Positions 50,101 to 56,000 of a DNA stretch of 64,000 nucleotides are shown one piece after another. The DNA is from Dehalococcoidia bacterium (GTDB lineage Bacteria > Chloroflexota > Dehalococcoidia > Lucifugimonadales > G958296245), in the NCBI GenBank assembly GCA_963664035.2, contig OY760867.2:192881-256880 (forward strand). Direction: 5' to 3'. The notes below the pieces were generated by a model. That model was not told the DNA's origin. It did not search any database and was given only the letters and a program-made list of their open reading frames with translations. Within the stretch, counting starts at the first letter, position 1. The number at the start of each line of letters is the position of its first letter. The position numbers and the translations under genes were made by a program.

Positions 50101-51743
50101 CCGTAGCCGGTGGCCTGGGGCAGCGTCAGCGTGCTGATGGCGAAGTGCCTGTGGTAGGACTGGTCGGCGATGGTGCTGCTGCCGAAGGTCAGGGGGCTGT
50201 TCACCGTGATGGTGAATCTCAGGTAGCCGCTTGACCCGGTCCAGTTCTGAGTGGCATGCCACGTGAAGCTGCTGTTTTGCGCCGCCTGCGTGGGCGTGCC
50301 GGTGATGGTGCGGTTGCTGGCGTTGTAGGTCAGCCCCGAAGGCAGGGTGCCGACTAGCGTGTAGGTGATGCCGCTGCCGCCTGCCGTCGGCAGGGTGAGC
50401 GTGCTGATGGCGGTCCCCTTGGTATAGGTCTGGTTGGAGATTGTGCCGTGGAAGACAAGGCTGTCCGCCGCCCTGGGCAGATCGTCGGAGTCCAGGACCT
50501 CGATCCAGAACTCGAGCTCCACCGTGTCCGCCCCGTACGCGGCGGTGTAGGTGTAGTCCGTCCGCGCGGCGGTCCCCGCGGGCGTGCCGCTCACGGTGCG
50601 GTCCGCGGCGTCGAAGCTCAGGCCCTCGGGCAGCGCGGGGGACAGGGAGTAGGTGACAGCGCCTATCGTGGCGGAAGGGCCGTCGGAGGACCGGACGGCC
50701 CTGGGCAGCGTCAGCGTGCCGATGGCCCCGCCGGTGGCCCAGGTCTGGTTCGCGACGGTCGCCCCGCCGAAGGAGAGGCCGCCCGGCGTGGGCGTCGGCG
50801 TGGGACCGGTCACGGTCACGGCGGGAATGGTGGTGGAGAACTTGTGCGCGGGCAACCCGCCGGTGCGCCACACCTGGAGGATCACGCCGTAGCCGGTCTG
50901 CGGGTCGAGGCCGGTCGCGGCGACCGGCCCGGTCTTGCCAGCGTCGTAGTAGGCGTCGCTCCTGAAGACGTTGTTCGCGCAGGTGCCCCCGATGAAGTGG
51001 GCGCTGGGGCATATGACGAACCGGTAGTAGTCGAAGTTGCGGCCGGCGTACTTGGTCCACGAGACCTCGGCGGACGTTCCGGCCCGGTCCCGGACGGCCT
51101 TGACGCTGACGTCGAAGGGCGCAGGCCCGGTGGTCGGCTCCGGCGTGGGCTCCCTGGTCGGCTCCGGCGTGGGTTCCCTCGTCGGCTCCGGCGTGGGCTC
51201 CCTGGTCGGCTCTGGCGTGGGCTCCTTGGTCGGCTCTGGCGTGGGTTCCTTGGTCGGCTCTGGCGTGGGCTCCTTGGTCGGCTCTGGCGTGGGCTCCTTG
51301 GTCGGCTCGGGCGTCGGCTGGCGGAGCGCCGGGATGGTGTCGTAGAAGCGCAGCATCGACTTGCCGCCGGTGCGCCACACCTGGAGGATCACGCCGTAGC
51401 TCGCGTAGCGGTCCAGGCCCGTGGCGGTCACGGAGCCGGTGAAGCTCGCGTCGAAGTAGGCGTCGCTGACGAAGACGTTGTTCGCGCAGGTGCCCCCGAT
51501 GAAGTGGGCGCTGGGACATACGACGAACCTATAGTACTCGAAGCCCTCCGAGTCGTAGGACGACCAGGACACCTCTGCGGTCGTCCCGTCGCCGCTGCGG
51601 TTGGCGGACAGCGAGACGCCGGAGTCCGCCTCCGCCCCGATGGGCAGGAACGCCCCCGCCATCAGTACCAAGAGCATGGCCGGCATGAGCAGCTTCTTCA
51701 TGCCGGCCGCGCAAGCGCGTGCCGTTTCCAGCGCAACTTTCAT
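38151..51743 (-). CDS. giant cell-surface protein (4530 aa), paralog of 24544..36414
   Basis: Single ORF with signal peptide MKKLLMPAMLLVLMAGAFLPIGAEA. Two Cys-containing N-terminal domains are separated by a (PTPEPTKE/RE)n linker. These are followed by putative-Ig units, a unique region, and about 20 FN3/cadherin-like module pairs. The C-terminal ~1900 aa and the tail ...YRRRRLKHNPV are collinear and near-identical to the paralog. Confidence 0.9.
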   Translation of the reverse strand: MKVALETARACAAGMKKLLMPAMLLVLMAGAFLPIGAEADSGVSLSANRSGDGTTAEVSWSSYDSEGFEYYRFVVCPSAHFIGGTCANNVFVSDAYFDASFTGSVTATGLDRYASYGVILQVWRTGGKSMLRFYDTIPALRQPTPEPTKEPTPEPTKEPTPEPTKEPTPEPTKEPTPEPTREPTPEPTREPTPEPTREPTPEPTTGPAPFDVSVKAVRDRAGTSAEVSWTKYAGRNFDYYRFVICPSAHFIGGTCANNVFRSDAYYDAGKTGPVAATGLDPQTGYGVILQVWRTGGLPAHKFSTTIPAVTVTGPTPTPTPGGLSFGGATVANQTWATGGAIGTLTLPRAVRSSDGPSATIGAVTYSLSPALPEGLSFDAADRTVSGTPAGTAARTDYTYTAAYGADTVELEFWIEVLDSDDLPRAADSLVFHGTISNQTYTKGTAISTLTLPTAGGSGITYTLVGTLPSGLTYNASNRTITGTPTQAAQNSSFTWHATQNWTGSSGYLRFTITVNSPLTFGSSTIADQSYHRHFAISTLTLPQATGYGTITYSVSPSLPSGLSFSAANRTITGTPTATLASTNFSYTATEADGSAASLSFKIAVTVPALSFSETVADQSFWQHAPITPITLPAATSPRGSSIQMTETFTGTLPAGLTYNAASRTISGTPTAAKAATTYTWTVSAAAHTAATLTFTITVKANNDVFAVESSFPDGSSSTGGCNAATKFSYGPTVHGNLFRDSPVDGNDTGTNKLTLTGHSTNSVIAEFSPIEGDFTKMAVDVYHATPNNWHTITITATDPRGASASTTWKVKWADCTLSVRVAETLLPGHLVPNYTLASNYNPNNNGSPSNFTIHGDAANYFTVEGRNQTGFYNFGRLRLKSDQSLDYETKTSISGYVQYTTGGVTAKQTLDITVLDRNAPGKVTGLRASRDPARPHFGADLSWDKDSVATSYEVQYKLKTAGSWSAVTSTANTKADKDNLVKGKTYQFRVRAKNSEGNGGWSDTAELRMATNERPVFPSLLTTRSIVENSAVGTNVGAAVTATDGDGDTLVYTMSYTDASKFTIDAASGQIKVKTGYVPDYEAKSSYQVRVHVSDRKGPFGEADSSVDNTTTVTINVTDINEPPDAPGAPTVARNAATPKTKLDVSWTAPTMTGKPAISDYDVQYKKSGASTWTSHSFTGAGATTTISGLSAKTTYDVQVLAKNDEGSSGWSPSGSKKTAGNTNPSFPATATRSVAENSAAGTNVGAAVTTTDADGDTLTYSLHGTDKDKLNLNTGTGQITVKAGYVPDYEAKTSYTVRVGVSDKKDAEGVADTAVDDKITVTINVTDVKEPPDAPGTPTVAQNGATPKTKLDVSWIPPTMTGKPAITDYDVRYRSSVSNWTSHAFTGAATSTTLSGLTMGTHYHVQVKAKNDEGESGWSAIGKGTTQALNAPPTFSSPTKTLTVAENVAVGTSVGTVTATDPDGDALTYTLEGVDAAKFDFSTSTAEIKVKTGYVPDYETKKQYAVIVKVSDGKDGSGNADTATDDDIDVTIDVTDLIYKPRKLDGLSGAPKASDPAATLIATWNTHASDPDYGTITSYGVNYVKKGGHWIFQGKTVTVWCTTVDCTKTKVSAELPSLVKDTEYQFRVAAYNSLGIGPWSDVAYASTAKNDMPKFTSGTTTRSVAENSAANANVGAAVTATDAEGDPITYSLSGTDASKFTISTSTGQIKVASGTALNYEKADGSDPATAPSFSVTVEATDSKDNDGNVQATPTIDSTIAVTITVSDANEPPGKPAAPTLSRASSSSHSKIDASWTAPSMTGKPPITQWNIRASSDGGVSWVTPTFTGTGTNVTLTGLSSQTSYQAQVRARNDEGDGPWSDSGDWRTDPDPATRSVAENSPAGTSVGAAVTASVNLQGHTEAYRLGGTDASKFDIGSTTGQITVKSGTTLDYETRTSYSVKVHVDAAQIGGGSTIPSVFVVAVTINVTDVNEPPELPATTTRSIAENSAANTNVGAAFTATDPEGDTLEYSLSGTDASKFTIVSTSGQIKVKSGNIPDYEAKTSYSVTVGVSDKKDGSGTADTVIDDTIAVTIDVTDVNEPPAAPAAPSVAANSTTPSTKLGVSWTAPTMTGKPAISDYDVQYRQSGGSTWTSHSFTGTGRSTTLTGLATGKSYEVQVRATNDEGAGGWSASGSGITDANAVSRSVAENSAANTNVGAAVTAASNPNNYTLTHTMSGTDASKFTIESGTGRIKVKAGTSLDYEAKSSYSVTVTVRAAAAGVQSASLSPNAPGDYVVPVTINVTDVAEPPGKPTITVSNHATSPATKLEVSWTAPTMTGKPAITDYDVQYRKVGDSSWTSHGFTGTSTSTTLTGLADGKSYEAQVRAVNDEGNGAWSDSGTAITQVGGVTRSIAENSAAGTNVGAAVTAPSNPNSYTLTHSLSGTDASEFEIASDTGQITVGTGTTLDYETKSSYSVTVTVKAAVAGVQSQGPNAPGDYVIPVTINVTNVNERPEFDDGATTTRGVLENSAAGANVGAAVTATDQEGDALYYSLTGADAGKFAVGQTTGQITVGTGTSLDHEAKSSYSVTVNVSDRKAADGTADTAIDDTVAVTINVTDVAEPPAAPAAPSVWQHSPSPKTELDVSWTAPDVTGKPAITDYDLRYKKSATSTWSAWAHAGTATTARLTGLTEDTSYDVQVRAVNDEGDGAWSASGSARTQDKNVHSEFPSATTTRSIAENSAAGTNVGAPVTATDTENHTLYYTLSGVDGGKFDVGLNTGQVKVKTGHVPNYEAKTTYSVTVQVSDRKDKDDNPDTVVDDTIEVTVYVTDVAEPPAKPVVTVAANAASPTSKLDVSWTAPDMTGKPAITDYDVRYRLSGGSTWTDLGFTGTTTSTSITGLTAGKSYDAQVRATNAEGTGDWSNSGIAITTAGGVTREIAENSPAGTNVGAAVTATSTAYTYSHSLSGADAGSFTIESATGQVKVKSGTTLDYESNKTSYSVVVTVRAASAGASVQSASVDPNAPGDYVVPVTINVTDVSETPEFPDDTAARSVAENSAAGTNVGAVVTATDQDGDTLSYSLAGTDADEFEIGSGTGQITVKSGRVPDYEAKSSYSVTVQVTDNEDDSGNPDAAIDDTIAVTINVTDVAEPPAAPDGPTMKQNADTPSAALDVWWDAPDMTGKPAVTDYDVRYRKTGTSTIAWTSHSFTGAATSTTIAGLAKGTRYEVQVKAKNDEGESGWSTSGSTRTRAIEKASVQVPENAVGGTAVSGSLPAVDSDGHAVAYAITSDEVVGGGASASSQGGTEHDEFTINSATGQILVRQGANLDYEQSHSHVITVTASHADRNDPDHDMINAVITVTITINDVAEPPAAPDAPDLFQGSDRYRTLDVSWTAPDMTGKPAITDYDVEYRLSGGTWTDLSFDGTGTSDTITGLTPGVEYEARVRASNAEGTGLWSDAGAGFTKVLPSADDITNPPNEPDAPSVSPAGSSPQTALSVTWTAPADNGSAITGYNIRYRVDGAKSWSSDSSTVTGVVISGLTEETTYEAQVQAINGMGKSPWSDSGRGSTTAYPAATVVDEYQAAPVQQQGPIESRPAAQSNGDAKLKTKTALTFRVAENSPADTSVGTPVEATDADGDALTWSITGADEFTIDASTGQIMVASGAALDYETKNSYAVTVGVSDGLDADGNADASVDDTTEVTILVTDVAEPPARPDAPSVSANAASPTSALTVGWSAPGNGGGPAITGYDLRYRAKGSSSWTSDSSTVTGAVITGLASDTTYEVQVRAVNDEGVSEWSASGEGATEEGATEKANAAPIFPSGVARSVSENAAAGTLVGDPVTATDADGDALSYSLSGASEFAIDAGTGQISVAAGAVLDYETKSSYAVTVSASDGSADATVAVTIRVTDVDESAAVAFTSGSVTRQVSENSAVGTLVGDPVTADGDALSYTLSGASEFAIDSKTGQISVATGAVLDYESVSSYGVTVRASDGSSDSAAISVTIGVTDVDEPPSRPDAPSVSAAADTPTSALSVGWDAPSNGDGPAITGYDLRYRAQGDTDWQSDSSTATGAVITGLASGTTYEVQVRAVNAEGASPWSESGEGATAKPNAAPTFPSGASREIAENSAAGTPVGEPVAAVDADGDALSYTLSGASEFVIDAETGQISVAAGAVLDHETVHSYSVTVSASDGSAEASVKVTIRVADVDEPPSRPDAPSVSAVAATPTSALSVEWDAPANGGGPAITGYDLRYRAEGAVSWTSHPVVGTATSAAIAGLASDTTYEAQVRAVNDEGASEWSESGEGATAKPNAAPAFPSGASRQVSENSAAGTAVGGPVTATDADGDALSYTLSGASEFAIDSETGQISVAAGASLDYETKSSYSVTVSVSDGLDADGNADAAVDAMVSVTIGVTDVDESVEEPNGPPSVTSPADKEYRQGETIASFAIAVSDPDGDAVEVSLSGLPGGLSYSGGKVSGTVSSDATAATYTVTITASDGVNAAVTAEFDIEVSEPGVLVLLADLSLVSWLWLLLALLLTVLWIVYRRRRLKHNPV

Positions 51744-51881
51744 CGACGCCCCCCCTACCTCATCATCGACTTCCCCCTTGTCGAATCGAGTTCCTGCCTA
51801 TGGCAGATGGTGCCCAAGCAACAGGCTATTTCTAGTGACGATTACCTTACGTTCAATTGCCCCCACAACGTTACGGCAAGG

Positions 51882-51910
51882 ATACTAATCCCTGCCAACA
51901 CGATTGTCAA
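51882..51910 (-). promoter_or_regulatory. sigma70-type promoter of giant gene 2
   Basis: Minus strand reads TTGACA (51905..51910), a 17-nt spacer, then TAGTAT (51882..51887). The flanking ggggTTGACAATC is conserved with the paralog promoter. The leader is about 135 nt. Confidence 0.55.
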
Positions 51911-51989
51911 CCCCCGATTTACCCCAATCAACCATACCCCCACCAAACAGCCACCACCCCCAACGAATGCCCTAAGTACGGTTGCCAAG

Positions 51990-52470
51990 ACTACCGGTTC
52001 GTAGGGGCGGGTCACCGTAGGGGCGGGCCACCGGTTCGTAGGGACGGGCCACCGTAGGGGCGGGCCACCGGTTCGTAGGGGCGACCACCGGTTGGTAGGG
52101 GCGGGTTTCAAACCCGCCCTGCCGCGCTCGGAATGGCAGGGACCTTGGGAAGGCCGCACAGGTGAATGAAAAATTGGGTCGCCTTGGTATGGGCGCCACG
52201 TCGATGACAGGGGCCGGGGAAGGGCGGGTTCAAAACCCGCCCCTACGTCTACGTCGTGGGGAAGGCTATCTTCATGGTAGCGGCGGGCGCCCGGCATGGC
52301 AGGCGCCCGGCATGACAGGAGGGGGCACTCGGCATGGCAGGCGCCCGGCATGACAGGCGGGGACGCTCGGCATGGCAGGCGCTCGGCTCGCCCCGATACG
52401 GGGCCTAACGGACCCGCATCTCATACCAATTCGCCTCGATCTCGTAGGGGCGGGTTTGAAACCCGCCCTC
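51990..52470. repeat. REP / short tandem repeat cluster
   Basis: Tandem ccggttcgtaggggcgggccac-type units lie at 51994..52100 and tandem cggcatgRcaggcg units at about 52290..52385. REP palindromes lie at 52098, 52222 and 52447. The block ggcgccacRtcgaYgRcaggggcc...gggcgggtt..aaacccgcccctacg is shared with 37511..37566. Confidence 0.85.
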
Positions 52471-52561
52471 CCCGGCCCCCGCCGCAGGCCAACCCTGACC
52501 CCTCGGGGGTAGTCCATGGCAACGGGCTGGTAGTATGGGACGCCTTCAGCGCAAATCGCGC

Positions 52562-52712
52562 CTACGGGTCCTCGCCACGTGGCGGAAGCCGCGAGAGCAC
52601 CTGCTCCAGTAGCGCCTCGACGCGCCTCAGCGCGGCCACCCGGTCAAGCGGCTCTGCACCCGGCTCGCTGGCCTCGTAACGGGAGCGCGCGCGCCTGCTT
52701 AACGTCGCTCAT
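52562..52712 (-). pseudogene. degraded HEPN-domain gene (partner of the MNT nucleotidyltransferase)
   Basis: ATG 52712 overlaps the MNT stop by 14 nt and opens MSDVKQARA..., which stops after 22 codons. The +1 frame continues as RYEASEPGAEPLDRVAALRRVEALLEQVLSRL, resembling a HEPN C-terminus (RY...). The central ~80 aa expected for HEPN is absent. Confidence 0.35.
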
Positions 52713-53034
52713 AGACTACGCGTCCCTCCCGGAGCGCGCGCGCCAGTACGTGGTTGAGCGAGTCCCGCCAATGCTCCACGTCCTCCCGGCTATAGACCAG
52801 GATGTCCTTCGAGACGTGGAAGCTCGACAGCGCGCGCCGTACCCGCACCTCCTCATCGCGCCGGCTTCTCCCGTTGCCGAACGGCTCCGCCTCCAAGACG
52901 ACCAGGTCGATGTCCGAACTCTCATGGGCGTCGCCTCGCGCCTGGGAGCCGAACAGTATGACCTGGTCCGGATCGACCTCGTCGACGATAGCTTCCACCA
53001 TCTCCCGTAGGAGAGCTTCCGTTAGTCGAGTCAT
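52699..53034 (-). CDS. nucleotidyltransferase-domain protein (MNT-type antitoxin-like)
   Basis: 111 aa. LFGSQARGDAHESSDIDLVV is the canonical GSxxxG...SDIDL minimal nucleotidyltransferase motif. Confidence 0.8.
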   Translation of the reverse strand: MTRLTEALLREMVEAIVDEVDPDQVILFGSQARGDAHESSDIDLVVLEAEPFGNGRSRRDEEVRVRRALSSFHVSKDILVYSREDVEHWRDSLNHVLARALREGRVVYERR

Positions 53035-53051
53035 CGCTTACATCCTATTAT

Positions 53052-56000
53052 TCATTCTACCCCCCAGAGCCGGTATATCGTCACCCCGCCGTCCTCGTAC
53101 ACGCGCTCCAGCGCGCCGCCCAGCCCGTCCTCGAACTTGGCGAGGCCGCTCTCCGGGTAGTACAGCCGCTCCACCTCGCCCACGTACACGTACTCCACGC
53201 CGTAGCGCCGCAGCATCTCCAGCGCCTCCGCGCCGCTCCCGGTCCGGTATATCGCGTCCACGTCTTGGAGCCGACGCTCCACCTCGGCGCGGTAATCCCA
53301 TCTCTGCTGCGACTGGTGCCATCCCCAGCCGACCACGCCCGGCAGACCCGTGTGGACCGAGACCCGCCCTCCCCACCTGTAGGATGGCGTTTGCGCCTCT
53401 AGCAGCACGGGCGAGCCCTCCACGTTCGGCCGCCCGTCCGTGGACCCCTTGAGCCACCCGATGGCCCGCAGGTCGTCGGAGAGCGCGATCGGCCCGCCCT
53501 GGTCCCAGTACACCGCGCTCTCCATGAAGGCCGTGCCGTCCAGTGTCATGGGCGTGACCGCGCCGTCGAAACGGTCGCGCAGCCGGTCCCGCGTCCCAAG
53601 CAGCGGGTAGACGGCGGCCGCGGCCAGCAGGATGAGCAGCCCCCCCGTCCACGCGCGAGTGGGCCAGCCGCGCGGCAGCCCCAGCCCCCGGCCGTAGCCC
53701 ACGCGCCAGAGCAGGTACGCCGCCGCCAGCGCCAGCAGCGCCCAGACGTGGAGGTAGAACTTGAACACGCTGTTCATCCGGTCGATGTCCCCCTCCACGC
53801 GGTAGACGTCCAGGCCCATGGCCAGCAGCAGCGCGACCAGCGCGGCCATGCACGCGAAAGCCAGCGCCGCCCCGTCCGCCGTCCCGCGCCGCATCGCGCC
53901 GGCGCCGACTACGGCCGCCGGGACGGCCAGCGCGGCCAGGAAGGGTATCGTGCTGCCCGTCCAGCCCGTAACCACCACCCCAACGACCAGCGCGGCGAGG
54001 CCGCCGCCCATGGCCGCCGCCCATGCGCGCCTCGCGGCCGGCCCGCCGCCGCCCAGCCGACGCCCCACCCGCGCAAGCGCGGGCAGCCACCATCCCCGCA
54101 GCTCGTAGGCCAGGAACGACGCTATGACGAAGACGAACAGCCCGTGGATGCCGAGGAACTGCGTCAGCACGGTCGTGTTGGTCGTCCGCTCGACGCCCGT
54201 GAAGAACGCCTCGTACCTGAGGTGATACGGCAGGAAGGCGACGAACCCCGCGATCATGGCGAACGCCGTACCCGCCGCCGCGCGCCCCAGCACTGCGAGC
54301 CCCAACCCGCCGTGCGCCAGGTACTCGGCGAGCAGTACCGCGCCCGCCGCCAGCGCCGCGTAGGTCGGAAAGTCCCACGTGTTCAGGACCCTCAGCGCCC
54401 CCACGGCGACGCCGAGGAGCAGCACCCTAGCGGCGTGGCCCGCGTCCCACCACTTCCCCGGTCCCCTCCGCAATGCGCCGAGCGCGACCGCCAGCGCGAA
54501 GCCGACCGCCAGCATCGTGAACGGCGTCGACATCAGGTGCGCGTGCAGGTCCCCGAACAGGAAGGTGAAGAACGGGAACTCCGTGACCTCGTGGCCCGGC
54601 GGGTCGGGGCCCATCATCCGGCTGCTGCGCCAGAAGTCGAACTCCCCGAACGGCATGTTCCGCGCCAGCGCCCGCCATGCCCCCTGCCCGACCTGCGCGG
54701 CCCCGTCCAGGTTGCCCAGCACGGCCACGAAGACGGCCCCCGTCAGCCCGGCGGCCCACGCAGGCCATCGGCCCGCCGCGGATGCGCCGCCCCCGCGCGT
54801 CGCCGCCGCCAGGTTGTAGACCACCGAGTACGCCCCCGCCGCCGTCATGGCGAAGAAGGTCGGGACGGCTAGGTTGTACGCCACCGCCGTGTCTATGCCC
54901 GTGGCCCTCACCAGTGTCGCGACCAGGAACTGCCCCCAGTAGTAGTAGTTGATGAAGCCGCCGGCGAACCACGGGTCGTATGGCGGCATGTACGACGACC
55001 GTACCACCGCGTTGAGATAGGCGAAGTCCATCGGCTTCTCCCCGCCCCTGAACGGGTGCCAAAGGTCGGGGTTCGCCATCCGCAGCGCGACGAACGCCAG
55101 GAACGCCGCCAGGAAGACGGCCTCGGCCACGGCCATCGCCCTCCAATGCGCGCGCACCGTCTCCAGCATCGGATCGCGCCGCTTCACCAGCAGCGCCGTC
55201 GAAACGGCGCACAGCGCGGCCAGGCAGAGCGCGACGCTGCCGGCGGAGAACGGCGCCCACCGCAGGATGGCCAGCAGCCAGACCGCCAGCCCCACCAGCA
55301 GCAGCCCCAGCGGCTTGGCGAGCAGATACCCCCTGTCCGCCAACGGCCTGAGTACCGCGAAGGCGATCGGCAGCGTCAGCAGCGCAATGCCCTGGACCAA
55401 TATGAGCCACGCCACAACCGGCCACCGGTCCGCCAGGACGCCGGGCCGCACGATCTCCGTCCACGTCCCCCCAGCCCTCTGCGCCTCAACCTCGCCCGCT
55501 GTCAGCACCGGGCCGCCCCGCCCCTCCATCCCGTCCGCCCCGTTCGCCCTGAGCCCGTCCGTCCCGTCCGCTTCTGTCCCATCCGCCCCGAGCCCCTCCG
55601 TTCCGTTCGCCCTGAGCCCCTCCGTCCCGTTCGCCCTGAGCCTGTCGAAGGGCCCCGCCGCCGCGCGCTCTATCCGCTCGCCGATGGCCCCCGCGTCGTA
55701 GCGGGCCCTGTTCTCGAACACGAGCACCGTCGGGCGGTCGTATACCGAAAAGCTCTCGTCCGCGAAGCCCAGGTCTATGGGCAGGCCGCCCGGCGCCGGA
55801 AGGCCGGGGTCCGGGAGGCCCGGCCTGCCCAGCGTATCGTGTACGAAGGCTGCCCCGGCCAGCCGGGGGTAGCGCGTCTCCACGTGCGCAAGCTCGTACC
55901 CAAGCTCCCCCGAGAAGAGCAGCCTGTAGTATTCGCCGCTCAGATGGTAGCGCTCCGGCAGGCGCGGTATGGTGCCGTACAGCCGGTTGCTGTAGAAGAC

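Noticed and set aside
24544-51743. Diversity-generating retroelement (template/variable repeat) acting on the giant proteins
   Set aside because: There is no reverse-transcriptase ORF in the window. Differences between the duplicated blocks are not confined to a short C-terminal variable region or obviously adenine-specific. Ordinary duplication and gene conversion explain the pattern.
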